From contig OZ281495.1 of NCBI GenBank assembly GCA_965637545.1, positions 31,806,001 through 31,870,000 of the forward strand: 64,000 bases of DNA, written 5' to 3'. Under the pieces are notes generated by a model. That model had not been told where the DNA came from and searched no databases. It worked only from the letters and a program-made list of their open reading frames with translations. The position numbers were made by a program, and so were the translations under genes. Of the stretch, positions 38,428 through 53,100 are shown piece by piece (positions within the stretch are counted from its first letter, which is position 1; each line of letters begins with the position of its first letter). Source of the DNA: Phallusia mammillata. Taxonomy: Eukaryota.

Positions 38428-40979
38428 ACATTGAATTTTATTCCGGGGGTGTTTCTTGGAACAAGAAGAGCTTACTGTGGTGATAAAAAAAACTTTTTTT
38501 AGATTCAAATGTGCTTGTGAATAACTATTTTCTGAACAGCCTTGTTACCTTGACAGGTTTTAATGCACTCAAAGAGTAACATTTATTTTCGGGCTGTTTT
38601 TTAGAACAAGAAGAATAAATTTTATTTCGGGAAGAGCTTAATCTGGTGGTAATAAACTGGTTTTAGATTCCACTGTGCTTGTGAACAGCACGCTTTTCAA
38701 AAGATGCACAAAGTTACCACACTTTATAAAATGGATTCCGACATGTCAAGTTTTTAAACAAAGTTTTTTTAAATGTCAGTCGTGTTTAAACTTTACCTAA
38801 ATCCATTTGCGACGTTTCACGAAAGTTTGTGTGAAATCTGTTGCTGGGCAATGTCCGGAAGATCCAACATTTGCGGTGAAAACGTAGAAGACACACCTCC
38901 AAATATCAGCTAAATTTAGCACAATGCGGTCGCATAGAACAGGAATGCGTGCAGTGCAACAGACCAAACCGCACGAACGAGAGAAATTATCAAATACGTT
39001 TTACCGCAATGTCATAAAGTAGCGTGTTAATTTTCCAAGAAGGAAGACAATTTCTCGGCCATTTACCTAGAACTGGGTCACGTAGAAATCTCAATGGTTT
39101 TGGAAGATTTAAGGAAAGCCTCAGTGTGATGCTCAGGTCCTGGATTTTAGTTTAATCCCGTTGGTTAGGCTGACAATCTTGGTACAACTACCAACAATGA
39201 TATGCAGAAGATTGCGTCAACAATATGTGGTGCTGAAGTCCACGCACGCTTCTAAACAATAATGCTAAACAACTAACACGTGACACAGCTTGGACAGAAA
39301 ATTGAAATTCATCTTCCAATGCCAGGTATTCACTTAGGATCTAAGAGTGGAATATAAGTAGCAACTGGCCTAAACATAATGATTTCGGCGTCGCTTGGGT
39401 TACCCACTTTGTATATGTCACACGTGTTTCGGGGCAACTTTTAACAACTAGACTGGCAAGGTAGCCTATTCACTTTTGCGCTAGGCATAAACTGAGAGTA
39501 AGACTAAGGTTTTGCCAAAAGTAAACACTCTGAAAACAAGGATGTTGGTGAGTGAGAAAATCAAGACGAATTCTACAGGCAACAAAACTCCAACATGAAC
39601 TAATATTAACAACTGAAAGATGATTGAGGTAGAACCAAAAAGTCGCAAGGGTTACGTACTTTGAAGTGTCAAAACGTCCACCTTGGGTTTCTATTGTGAT
39701 GTAAGTGAGCGACACATACGCTCAACTCACCTCAAGTGGCCTGTTGTATGTTGCACTGCACCCAGGCCTTTGATTTTGGCCCGAAAATCTCTGCTCGCTT
39801 ATCGCACCCAGTAATCGTCAACGGGTTTGCGTCATTAGTCGCGCATGGCCGCGCACGCGCCGATTTCCTTTGTGATCTGTCGGCATGGAAACAGAACGCG
39901 CGCGCACCCCTTGTTGTCACCGTACACAGCTCGGCAGGTCGGGTGACTTGGAAGCGGACTCAGATAATGACTGCGCCGCGACACAAGAGTGACATGCCTG
40001 CTTCGATTGATCGCTTTTGTTTGCAAAGCCACTCAAGCCCCCCCCCCCCTCCCCCGCAAGTCAGTCGCAGAAATCTCGTTGTTTTGCAGCGGTTGAGGCG
40101 GTTAAAGGGGGGTGAACATCGTTCCAAGGCCAAGCCGCCCTCTGCTGGCGTTTGTACGTCATAATAGCCTTTGTTTGTAACGCTACTCACTCTTTTAACT
40201 TCGAAACCCCTGACAGTCGCGAATTATTTTCGTATTCATGAATGAGAGCTTTGACCCCATTATACGTCATAATCGGCCTTGTTGGCAGCGCGGTGCTTCG
40301 TATTTGCGTCACCTGGTGCGCGCGATGTCTCGTGTTTTGTATCGATTTAAGCACGGGATTATTCATAGGGTTCTTGTCGCATTCACGACCGGCCAATAAA
40401 ACTCGATACCACTTGACCTAGGCATTGTAGCCGCCCTCACCTTGTCGTGTAACGATCTCCCATCAAAGAGCTTGCAAGACATGGAATTCGCGACATGAGT
40501 CCTTCCATTCAAACTGCTTCCTGTGCTTTATGCCTGCTTGTGAGGGTTTTGTTGCATCTTCAACAAAGCAACGACTTCATAACACGTGCAGAAATCGCGA
40601 CACAAAACCTTCAGACTGTCTGACTATTCACACTATGATAGTAATTTGTGATGACATCATAAGTTTTCGATTCGGTTGAACAATTAGGTCGTAGGTTCGA
40701 ATCTCACCACCTCACATGACGAAGACTGAAAAATGCGTGATTTATAACTTACTTTCCGAGTCAGGTTTTAACGAAAAACCAAAGTGTTTTTAGTAGCACA
40801 GATTTTTTCCCGTCCCACGTGCCTACTTTAGTTGAAATTCCAAAGATTTTTTTGAAACTTTCAATCAGTTTTGTCGCTTAAATTATCTGGTGTCCAGTTT
40901 TCCACGTGCTTGACCTGTTTCATATGTGGAACGAACGAGTTACTTAGGAGATCTAAAATGATGATTTTTTCTATTTCAG

Positions 40980-41115
40980 GCTGAAGAACCTGTCGAGTCT
41001 AGCCAACCATTAAACGCCGATTGTTCAGTTCAACCTTGCTCCTGTAACCTGTTTCAACCCGTCCAAACCCGACCACGAGAGTGCGCTGTTTGCTCCCATT
41101 CCTGGCTTCTACACT
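40980..41115 (+). CDS. BNC2: Basonuclin exon: Cys/His-rich start of the N-terminal domain
   Basis: AEEPV...[31 protein letters not shown] resembles BNC CT..NCTC..FKPG....RQC..C.HGWVAH. TTTCAG acceptor, GTAAGT donor. Confidence 0.85.
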
Positions 41116-44100
41116 GTAAGTAACCAAAATTGGTAAAGGCCTGGGTATTTCGAGATATTTTTTTTCAGAAATATTTTTAACCACATGCAAGTTCCGGTCA
41201 AAACATCGCAACCAATATCTTTAGGAAAGCAAGAACTGATCGAATGGTAAAACGTGTCATTGGCGCCCCTTGGGTATTTATTGGCAAAATCTGAATCGGT
41301 TAAACGTTCAGTTAGGCAGCATTTTCCCGGTTTAGGCACTAAAATGACCATCTTTGGCCACGAGTTTTAGTAAACTTGTGTGGGATAAAAATGTTTTGAT
41401 AATGGTAAACCCGGGAGTTCAGAAAATTCGTTTAAGTATGGCTCTCCACACAGCTCAAACAAAAAGCACTTAGGTGACCAAATCATAAAAACCGACAGCA
41501 CTGCTTTCATAAATGCAGATCACAGATCTAAAACAATGCCCTATGTTTTTAAAAATAGGGTTTTTATGCAGTTAAAGAACATGCCATTGTATGACACCAT
41601 TGCACAGAATAGACAAAAACGTTGTGGCAATTCAGTCAGCAAATCATATAACCCAATACCTTTGCTCCCGTCCATAACATGTATGTTGAACCAGCAGGGA
41701 AATCTTCCATTCTAATACGTGTTCGCAAGGGTAATTTGTCGCGAAAATTGCCCACATTGCTGAACGTAATTGCGATTTCTTCTCAACAGGCCTCTATATT
41801 AGCACATAGCGGATCGCATTAATAGCACGTCGCAACTGCGCACAAAACCGCGAACCTGGTTCCGGGCTAAACCTTAGTACAAGTGTAAGTGGGATTTAAT
41901 GACTGTCCTAAGACCAGAACCCCCCACAGCATATGCAAGGCAGAACCAGCGCCAAAAGCGACCAATTACAACATTCCGCTATTCTTGAGTTATTAACTCC
42001 TGGACAGATATAGCTTCTGTGCCTAGGGCGATTAGTTCTGTGAAACTGGGGTGCAGAGGTTTAATGCCAGAGCAAAAACCATTAGAAAGTAAAGTCATTT
42101 GGAAGTCGACAGGTTGTTTGAATAATTGCGAAGCAATGGGTTGTAATGGGTTGTGCTGTGAGCAAGTAGTCTGAGAGCTGTTGGTTATTTTTAGCCGTGA
42201 GTATTGTGTCTGCAATTTTGAAATAAACGTGTTTTGTAGTGTTCCTAAACTTGTTTTAGCTTCAGAAAAATATTGTTTTTGTGCCAATGTGCAAACTAAA
42301 GATAAAATGGCTGGAAAAGATAATAAAAATAAGCAATAATGAAAAGAAACTAATAACGAGAAATTTTATTCACTGAAACTAATAACGAGAAATTTGATTA
42401 AATATACAATGACTTGTTTGTTGGTCCCTCTATCTAAACCCTGCTATTATTTTACAATATTACCCACGGGTATCTGAGCGCCAATTTGCAAAATGTTATT
42501 CTAAAAACTCTCTAAATAAACAAGCAAATAAGAGAATTTGAGCAATTAACTAAGTTTTAGGGGACCTGACATACTGTTGCTGCTATTTCACCAAAATGAT
42601 CCGAAACTTTAGAATAAAAAGTTTCAACCTCTAAACTTTGCCAATTTTTTTTCATATTTTATTTTTGTTTGCAGCTTCGAGTGGTTTTACAACCCCAGAC
42701 ATCAAAGACGCCCCCAAAACAGCCAATTGTGACGACATAGATCGTGTGACGAAGTTGGTTCTTTACGGTGTCGAGGCAATCCCAGTAAGGTGACTCACAA
42801 TTTGGAAATTTTATGTTTAAACTTTGCTGGTTTCGTTTTAGTTTCTGTTTGATCTTAGAATTTATTTTTTAGCAGCAAAACGAATTGTTTATATTTTTGT
42901 GCTATTTTTTAATCCATTTCTTAATCAGATTGAATCAAAAACATGACAGCGTAAAATTCAACATCTTTCGAAATTTTGTCAAAATTTTTCGTACTTGAAA
43001 TACGAAGGTTATGATTTTGTTTGTATTTGTTTTATCCCCATATGTGTAACTTAACACCAGTTGAATGAAAAAATACTCAATATACTAACGGATGGACAAA
43101 GCGTTTGTTTAATATTTTCTCGGAATATAAGAGCTATACAAATCATTATTAGCGGAACATGTTGACATAAAAAAGAGGGATCTGAAAACTTTGTTATGCA
43201 TTTCTTCTATGAATCGCCAAGTTTAAGTCATAACATCAGCTTTCTAACAATTTTTAAGCTTTTCTGTGCTTAACCCGGATTAAGCTAATTACGACATTAA
43301 GCTTTTTCAGTCTATATATGCACAAAGCGCGGAGGTTAGTTTATCAAATGCACAATTGGCAACCTAATTGCAAGTTTTGCTCTCGCGGACTTTTCAATTT
43401 ATTGGATCTAATATACTGGGTGGCTAGCAGGGTGGGATGTAATTACCGTAAGCCCATAGCCGGCTTAGGTGCAACTGCTTGAAAATCAGGAATGTCGGCT
43501 GCTTAACGCTAAATTTTCAATTAACGCCGCCCGCGTTGTGGTATACGCAACACAAGTGCTTAATCGTTTCGAATACAGGAAACAACGTCCACTTTATGTC
43601 GTCACAATACAAAAGCGCTATAGAACAATCTTGCGCGAAAGGACTAATAGGAAATAACTTGCCGATACAGTTTGAACAATATTTTCTGAAAATACGATTC
43701 ATTATTGCATTTTCTCTTTAACAGCGAACGTATTTTCGCATTTAGATGAGAATTAGTTTACAGTTTTTAAACCAACTGCAGTTGAACACATTGCAAACGT
43801 TTTACCACGGTTGTTTTACATACATCTAGAGCAGTGGTTTTAAATTTTCACAGAATTCCGTTTATTTACCAACATTTTCTACACATTAAAACGCCTGTCG
43901 TGTTACTACTGATGCTGCCTTTACAAAAAAGTCCTAAATTGTACGCCAAATTACAATTCATAAGACTAAACAAAAATATAGTCATTAACATAAAATTTAT
44001 TGCGTTACAAAAATAGTTACCCTGTTTTATATTAAGAAAATTAGCTTACATTGTCACGCCAGCTCCAACGATGTTGGCCAATTCCCACATTGTTTAGATT

Positions 44101-47100
44101 TACAAGGGATATGTAAGATAAACAAACGATACCTTATTTACAATTGTAAATATAACACAGGATCTATTTTTAGATTCAAGAGCAATCAATGTCAAATGTA
44201 GCGTGCTCTTTTTATGGCTAACCTAGGCGTGTATTTAGAATAACAGCACGATTTTTAGTCATTTACTTCGCTATTCAACATATAAAGAGTCGCAAAATTT
44301 AAATTCCGAGTGCTAATAATTAGAAAACGCCACGTCTCAATTTGGCCTGATTATAACTATGTGGAATAACAACACGATCCTGAATAGCCAGACATTGTTC
44401 CTCTTTCTAGTTGTGAGTCTTCCAAAGGAGAAAGTAACTAATTGAATTTGCGTTTTACGTTTAGTTAAGTTGCGCCTCCGCCCGCTCAGACACTGATGGG
44501 TCGCTTTGAGGGCGAAATACCTAATCCTGTTGTTAGGAATAGCAATGGTCAATTGAACTGTTCGCAGAATTTTTATAAGTTCCACAAAACAAGGCTACCT
44601 GACAGGTGAAGGAGTGAAACTTATTCAAGAGAAATGTATCGAAATCAGAGTTTCAGTTCTTTCAACTGTTGAAATATCATGGGACTTGTTGTCGGTTTAA
44701 ACAATTCACAGAAAAGGACTTATGACAAAAAGGTTTAAGCTCAAACAAGGTTTCTTAGAGAAAAAAATCTTTTTAGTATAAATCAAGTCGCCAAGGCTTA
44801 ATAGGAAGGTTATACAGTAGAAAGTCAAGTAAGGGAAGGTCCCCGAAAGAACGGAATAGGACTTGAATATGACATTTAATCAGGCGTAACTGACCAGGAG
44901 TCCCTTACATTATTTGCAGCAGATACCATGTAGCTGGTTGCGATGCACCGTAAAGTTAAAGTAAACGGACAGAAAATAATGTCAACCTGTTTTGCAAAAC
45001 GACACAACATATATTTCCTGACCTGCTTCTTGTAAGCAAAGTGAAGTTGCGTCAACACTGCGTGGCTACAAGTACGCTGTTGTTAAATAGAACTGACAAA
45101 CCCAGTTTTAGGCGAATTCTGCTCAAGTTTAGTGTGATACAGTGGTTCCCAACCCACTTTATTCTACGCACCCCTCTGCCTAATTTTGCAAGCAAAATTC
45201 CCTCCACCAGAAAGCAGGAAACTAAGTTAGCGCATTTGTTTAGACTGTAATACTTCAAACATTATCATAAGCATTAACTTGAATTGATCTCTTTGTTTCA
45301 TCAACGAAAAATCCTATATTTTTACAATTTATTTTTGCAAATACAAAAATTGCCACCATAATGGGAATTTCCCCTAGTTTCGAGGATTTTGGTTTAAAAC
45401 GTTTTTGTTAATTTCAGACTTAGAATTTTGTTAGACCGTGCTCTGTGCTCACTGCCAGCAAGTAGAGTCGCCAATTTGCTGACCAAGTTGGGTTGGAATT
45501 ACACAGAATATCTGAGAGGCTACAAACTAAGGGTAAGTTGGTAAAGTTTGTGAATAACCTAAAGACAAAAATTGTTTTAATCAGGCAGTTTTGGGTAGAA
45601 AAATGTGATGCAAACGGTATTTAGGTTAAAAATGAATGTTGGCCTGCAGTTAATTACAAGGCACAAATATTGAGAAATTTACATTTAATCACGTGGCAAA
45701 CAAACAGACTCATTGTCTAAAGACGAAATGATTTTCGCCATTTTACATTTTCAAAAATCTAAACACAACTCAAACAAAATGCTGATAGATAGTAAGTTTA
45801 CCGCAGTTAAGTTTATCTGACTCTCAAAACGACGATTTTTGTCTCAAATTAACCTAATTTTTGATTCTTTTAAGATGTCTATCGCTTGAAAACTACGATT
45901 AATTGTATTATTTTACTGCATAGTACAAATATTTTCAAAAAAGGTCAACATATTTGCGCGCAAAAAATGTTACGAAACCACGCCCTTTAACATTTTGTAA
46001 CTTTTATAGAACGAAGAATCTTTGCCGGGAAATCTACTCTCATTCGCAGAAGAGAAACTAATTCTCCTGCAATTTCTTCCATACATTGGCACACGCGAGG
46101 TCACTGCGAGAATAATGCTCGCCGATTACCAGGTAGAGCAATGTGGCAAATGGCACTTACTTATGCGCGAGTATGACAGTTGGCCCAGAGTCTGCAACTG
46201 AGGTGTGTAATTACAGCGAGAATTGATATAAGGATTGGTTGTGTGAACGCGTAATTCGGTTAATATTTCGCCTGGTAACCAACTTCTATGCAAATCGGTT
46301 GCATCGTTGGGATATTTTTATTCTTAGGGTTTGTTTTAAGTCATTGCTTATTAAGTTTAACATACCTGGAACCAGTTATTTAAATAAAATGATTAACTAA
46401 GACATAGAAGCAAATCAAATACGTATATTTTGAAACCGCTCTTAACGGAACCAGCAATAATTTTGTAGGTTAAATGCACAAATAATTCGATAAGGTTTAT
46501 CAAGCTCCACACTTTTCATTGTTTTCATACTATAAGTTCTTTCGAAAAAAAACGTTACCTATGTTTGAGAAAAAACTATTTTTTAACACAATTCTATTTA
46601 ACTTTCAGGACCAATCCATTTTCGCCCTTCCTTCATCCTTTTCGTGTCAATCCGTTTCCTCAATGCCGGCATCGAACGGCAACAACTTTAACGTCACTTC
46701 CTGCACGACACGCGTCACCACACAACATGACGTCACGAGTAAATCAACCAATCACAGACCTCCCTCGACTGTCCCACTTCAAACTGACTTAGACCGCAAA
46801 TTACGCTGTGAAAACAATGGTCCCCCGGTTTTACCGAAATATCTCTGGACTGGGGCGCCACCTCGCGACGAGGATGAACAGAAAAGCGAAAGCGGGTCAG
46901 AGAGCAACTCCATGGCAACTGAGAGTCGAGATGAGGAGGATAATCCGCATGAACACAGACTAAACTCCTTAGCTCCGACCTCCAGGTTTGACGATGATGA
47001 AGGAGCAAAAGATGTGGAGGAGGAGGAGAGTTTGTCTCCAGGAGAGAGTAAGAGGAGCAGGAGGAAATCTTTACGACCGTTCCGATGCGACACGGAGGAC

Positions 47101-50100
47101 AGAAATTCGCAGCAAGAATCAAACACAGAAATGTTACTGAAACCGGAGTTAAAAAACTACCACGCTTTGTTCGGCTTGCTCCAGACCCAGTACAAGTCCA
47201 TAGCCCTGCCGTGGTTGCTCGCCCATTTATCCAACGCACGCAACACAAACGCTACTAGTCAATTGCATGAAAATCCAAGCAAATCAACTATGGAGGCTGT
47301 TAAAACCGAATTTCCAGGGGACGAAACGCCGAAGGATGACGGTTCAAAACCCAGCAGTGACGACGAGTCCATGGACGAAGTCAGGTCCAGAGACTCTATT
47401 CAGTCCGCAGCATCGTCAAGCAAAGATGATGACTTTTCGGAAGACAATACATACCCTGCTCTTCCATCGACTTCTCACGCTGCTTACTTTAGACGTTCAA
47501 ACTCGGTTCCAAACGCCCGGAAGATATCGACCAGTTTATGCGACGGCTCCTACTCCGATCCGGAGAAATCTTCTTTCGGTTGCCATGACTACCGTATGCG
47601 CAAGAGCAGCGTCAAGTTTTCGCCGGAAGACTGTGATGATGAAGAGCTCGGATCCACGCCGCAAGATGCTGGGAGTCCGATCACCGGGATGCAAGAAGAT
47701 CGACATCAAAAGTTCCCAACATCCACGGACACAAACCTCCCGTTTCCTTCTTCGTCTTCCCAACAACGTTGCGCTTCGGATACCGGAAGTAACACTTTGG
47801 ATGAAGAAGTTACTCCAACATCCGGACATCGTGGAGTCCTTGATGGACTTCCGGATCAGGGTAAGACTTCATCCAAGGATTTTTGTCTTCCGGGAGGAGA
47901 AATACATGGAGGAGTGTGGATCCCGACAAGATCAAGAAACTGTCATCTTTGCGGAAAAGAGTTTAAGAACGTCTACAGGTAAAAATATCGGTGGCTTAAT
48001 CAAAGCAGAAGCACTTTACGATAACATCAGCAACAACTGTTGGAATATCTGCTCTAAAATGTATTTGTCTTTATTTTTACCTATTTCTAATCCTAAATTA
48101 GGGATTGGAAACTTTTACACTTGTCTGTAAGTTAAGTTAAACGAAAGTGGCTTAATGTCTTTTGTGAGCAATCTGTTCGTTTTTTTCACCGTGTAAAATT
48201 TAAAAGATATCAACCAATTTTTCGTCTAAAACAAGGCGTGTTGAATCTGGACTGAATTTTGACGAAGGTTTGAATCAAAAATTCCACAATTGGTTCGCGA
48301 AATGACAACGACAATCAAGTACAAATAAGGAAACAGCGACCGAACACAAATTAGTCGTGAAAGCGTTAAACAATTACGACCTGTGATTATGATTGTGTTG
48401 CGGTTTGTCGAGAGCGGCGTAACCTCGCGCTGCTTACATACCGACCGACAATCCGGTATTTAAAATGTCCTTCTCAGGCCAAAGCGACACGACATCAATT
48501 GTCAATCCAATCTGTACCAAAGTTGCGGACCAAGTTTCTGTTTGAAATGGCTTTTCCGTCTATTTTTAGCCACCACAGACCGAAGTACAGGCGGCTATTA
48601 GAGAGCTATTTTAAGCTGCAACTTGTCAATGTTTGGGTTTGCGTTTAACGTTCCGGTGCCCGCCGAAATACCGGAACACGCCTCAACTATGCCACTGTGT
48701 TCGACACACTTACATAACCGCTGGAAAATTACAAGCGCTCTGTTCCATGCTAATTTCACTAAAACACCAAGTCTATTATACAAGAGCAGTTAATTGTGAG
48801 GCCATATACATAATAGTAGAAGCGCGCACTCTTTCTTGCACAGTTAATATAATAAAAAGACCAGCCACAACGTTTTAGTTTTCCGGTAACTTTAGTTTTT
48901 CGGTAAAGTTTTCAACACAGAGATAGATGTTCGTTGTATACCCCTGTAGGACGTTAAAAAACTATTGCTTTTCATTGTTTCAAAAAACAAAACAATTTTC
49001 ATTGTTGCCTTGATAAAAATCGTTTAAAAAACAAACAAAACAGCGCCTCCTATGACATAACTCCAGCCACTTGGGTTCGCTCTCGCCCAACTAATATCCG
49101 TCACGGCACTTTTTTCAAACAAAATGTGTCCTAATACCTTATCATTTCCACTCTGTAATTACCGCTTCACATCAAAATAATTGATCTGACATACACTTTA
49201 CTTCTTACATAATTTGGGGACCTTGGAAGTTCTGTTTTGTAACCGTGCAACAAAGTGAGGGGTATTGTTCGCAGTCAGACATCAAACTTACAGCAAAAAT
49301 ATCTTGTTTTTTCAGCGTAAAACTTCACATTAAGAACGTTCATCTGAAGGAGATGTGGCAATGTTCTGTACCGGGCTGCAACGCAACGTTTCCATCAAAG
49401 AGAAGCAGAGACCGACACAGCGCAAATGCAAATCTTCACAGGTTGGTAAACTTAACAAATAAAACGATGCCTAATTTAGACGAAAAAATTATTCCTTAGT
49501 TTTTACCGTCAGAGTGGCCGCTGGTTACTGCTGTCGATACCGACGCAGAATTTGTCACACATTGCTTACACTTCCATAGTTTTACAAAGTTAAAAAAGAA
49601 ACTTAAACTGTGGGTACTTGGTGTTTCAACACACAAAAGTTTTCACTGCTAAAATTAAATTTACAAACTGATAATAATCGTCAGTTTAAACTCCGTTTTT
49701 TTTTATTGATCACTAAAACGGTTGATTGGAGGATTATCTTGGGTAGATGCGTGTTTTGCAAATCGGAAACATTCATTAAAAGTATTTTAAATAGGCCAAC
49801 ATTGTGTGCAGCGTAAAGGTCAAATCAGTTCCCGACAACTTAGCAGGAAAAAAGTGTTATGCAAGACATTAGAACCTATGGTCGGTGACATACAAAATTA
49901 AATGTTCTTCCACCTGGTTTCGCTTTGCGCTGATTCACCGGGAAAATCTACTGTTACGCAACAAATGCGAAAGTTTAAATTTTTCATAAAGCGCTGTGTT
50001 ATGTAATATTTCAAATACTTTGCTTCGGGCGGAACAATTTCACCAACACAAGTTCAAAGTTCAGAATACGTTTTCTATGCACACCACAGCGATCACCATC

Positions 50101-53100
50101 AAAAACCAATGTAGGCTACTCATTTCAACTCAACACATACCAATGGATTTCATAATTCACTTCGATCTTGGTTGTATAATGAGTTTTATCTACCGCTAAA
50201 CACGGTCGCGTTTGGAGCCGTGCATTCCAGCTAAATCTTTACACTTCAGCTACACTGGGGACTCAGAACAATTTGGAATGTGGGCAAGAAAAAAGTAACC
50301 ATTGTTCAAACCAACTAAAGTATGTAAAGTATAAACCTGAACTGATCGGTTAATAGCTTAATGGAATTTGGTATATCAACCAGTTTACTTCTACATGCGA
50401 CTAATGTAGTTATAGTGAGAATAGTCTACGACCAGAGTTTGTTGGCCGCAATGCAACTGGCGTAAGAAATGAACTTTAACTGGTGTCTTGAAGTAAATGG
50501 AAATCTTTTACTCCGAAGGCTTGATGCCACCTATATGTTTAAATGAACTGAAACAATTTTTAACTGTACCACTTTATTTGGGTTTTCATCCACACAATAT
50601 GCCAGCTTATTGTTTACAAAACGTACACAGGTTTATTTGCATGGCAGTGTTTTTTTTTGCAATAGACAAGCAAGTAATATACACAGTTCATCGTTTCAAA
50701 CCTATCGCTTAAACTGAACGTGACAAGCGCTCAATGGCATCAACAACGAACATATAACAATGCGTGCCATAGTTTGTGACACGATGACCCAGGGATAGCA
50801 TCATCATGGTAACTTTAAACTCATTCAATATTTGGCAGCTCGTTATCATCGCTAGTCAATCTTCACAAACTTGGCCGCAACTAAAGCGACGACTTTGGGT
50901 TTGAAACCACGATTTTATGCATCCTTTGTCAGTTATGCACGATTACATCGTTGATCATGGGATAGTAAAACCCAAATACCAACAAAACGTCATCCAAGTG
51001 AAAAAGAAAACTACTAAAAAACTAAGCAATTTTAGCGTTTTTGGCCAATGCTTAAAAACCAAATTTGACTCGATTAATAAATGCTACAGAAATTGATGTT
51101 TTTACGTTGTTGGACCACGTTACAGTAAAAAGTTTATCACATAAAAGAACTCCCTAATTGAAAACAAGAACCGGAGAATTGTGGTTAAAATTCCAGTCCA
51201 AATTTACGCTTCTGACTCACCGTTGCGCGATAGTGGTTTTACGCCCTTGCTTGCTGACAAATATAATGCTTACTCAAGTATTTACGGTGCTTTACGATTA
51301 TCCGTTAACTCGGGTAATTTAACTGAGAAAAGTTGTTTCCAAAAATGTCACCAAGCTCTTTTAGTTTTCTATTTTTACCAATCACCCTTTAGACCAGCGC
51401 TTTCTAAACTCGGGTTTGTCGAGCCTCATAGGGTCCGGGGGGTTAACTTAAGGGGGTCTTCGAATTCAAATGGGGATTTTACGTGGGGTTCCAACGCCTG
51501 ATAAATTTGCAAAAAGCATTCGGTAGTATAAAATATTGACAACCACTCCTTAGAAGTTTTGTGGCTACCTCATTACTGTCACCTAGCGGAATGTAAGGTA
51601 ATAACTAGTTTGTCTTAAACCGTTCAAGCGTCTGTTGTTTTGTTGAACGAAATTGACTGTAAAGCTAGATTGAAGAAGCAACAAATTCCCACACAACAAA
51701 TGATGCAATGTTGTTTAGTTGAAATCTCATTAGTCATTGTTACTGGAATTTCCCTGCAAAGTTTCTGTAAACAGGAAATACCCCACTCCATAGTTCGGTG
51801 GGTGTTCCCATGACAACCAAACCACGTGACCGAACAAATATGCCAACACAACTGACAAAGTTAAAGCCGCGTAAAAATCAAAGTGTTAGTATTTCTACAA
51901 ATACATTTTTTATGAACAAAATCTGATGTATGGTATTGGAAAATCACTCCCAAATACTAATAGGTTCACCATCAATCGAAAACTAGTTTTCAAACAAAAT
52001 TAATTTAAAATGGCCCAATGTCAAACTCGAATGTCAAGACGCATATCATCTATTTGACCGATTTTCCAACATTTTAAACCCTCTGTTTAAAAAACCTGAC
52101 AGATTTCAAGTTTTAGGTGTAGATTTAAAATGTTCGTTTTTACAAATAACGTATTTTGAATTTAGTCTCAACTTTGTAGTATTTTTTCTTCAGCAAACTG
52201 AAGCTTCGCGGCCTTTACAGCGATCCTCGCATCAGCACACAGACTGCAGGGATGACAGAGAAACTAAAAGAGCAACTTCTTCCAGGAATTTGCGGCCCCT
52301 CGGTGTCAAATCTTCCCTTCAGACACGAGAAAGAGTCAAAACCTGAGTCGAAAAATCACCAAACCGGCGCTCTACGTCACAACGATACGTCTATGACGTC
52401 ACAGATCGCACATTCCGGTCACATTCCGATGAGACTGAGTGAGAAGTCGCCAGCGCCAGCGACTCCGGGAGCGTCAGATATCAGCTCTGCGGCGTCATCT
52501 AGCGACGTGTATGCGGTGTATCGTCGCGTGTTTGAGGAAACTATGAAAGCTTACGGAGGTGGCGCGTTTGCCAAGCTGCCAAGTTCGGGCGTCTTGCCGT
52601 TTCAGCTTAACCCAGCATCAGCTACGGCAGGCGACCCGTATTCTGCGCATCACACAAAGCTGAACAACAGCAACAGCAACGCCGCTTACGGTTTGTCGAA
52701 AATAGCGGCGAGTCGAAAACTCTCAGTAGACGAAACGTGCTATGACGTAACAAAGCATTTCGATCACAACAATAAGCGTCGGTCGGTGAGCACAGTTATC
52801 CCGCCCCTGCCCCGTCGTGACATCATGCGTGACGTAGAGTACCCAGCGCCGATGATGTCAACTCAACTGCAAATTCCAACTCCAAGAAAACCGACTTTGC
52901 ACGTCGACGAGAAGGAGCCAGTAAAGCGTGACGAATCACGTGACCGCGACGTGCGCCGAAGTTTGGCTTCTCAGATCGAAGAACCGAAGCTTAGCGATTG
53001 TTTCCTGCCTAGCAACGGTCACAGCAAGCGTTGGGAACAATCCCCGCGCAGTCATGCCGGCTCCACTTCGTCGCTCGGAAAACGCACACATGAGAGCGAG

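Noticed and set aside
17810-40710. Possible tRNA genes at 17810, 20918, 28190, 28376 and 40685
   Set aside because: Only T-arm/B-box halves are recognisable, with no acceptor stem or D-arm pairing; treated as SINE fragments.
44488-44525. Hammerhead-like CTGATGG...GGGCGAAA in a basonuclin intron (TCAGACACTGATGGG also at ~4437)
   Set aside because: A9 is mutated, stem II is weak, and there is no stem III or NUH site.
46133-46201. Read-through of the 46132 donor giving QCGKWH, as a possible hidden finger pair 1
   Set aside because: Lacks C2H2 spacing and stops after 22 codons.
46588-46608. ATTCTATTT resembling the ascidian spliced-leader sequence
   Set aside because: It is part of an intron's polypyrimidine tract, with no GAATAAG/GT donor or Sm site.
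46565-48130. Overlapping and antisense ORFs (up to 287 aa) across the large basonuclin exon
   Set aside because: Shadow frames of a GC-richer coding exon; no motifs or independent splice logic. The same applies to 52928-53431, 53642-54073 and the ORFs overlapping the 2-TM genes.
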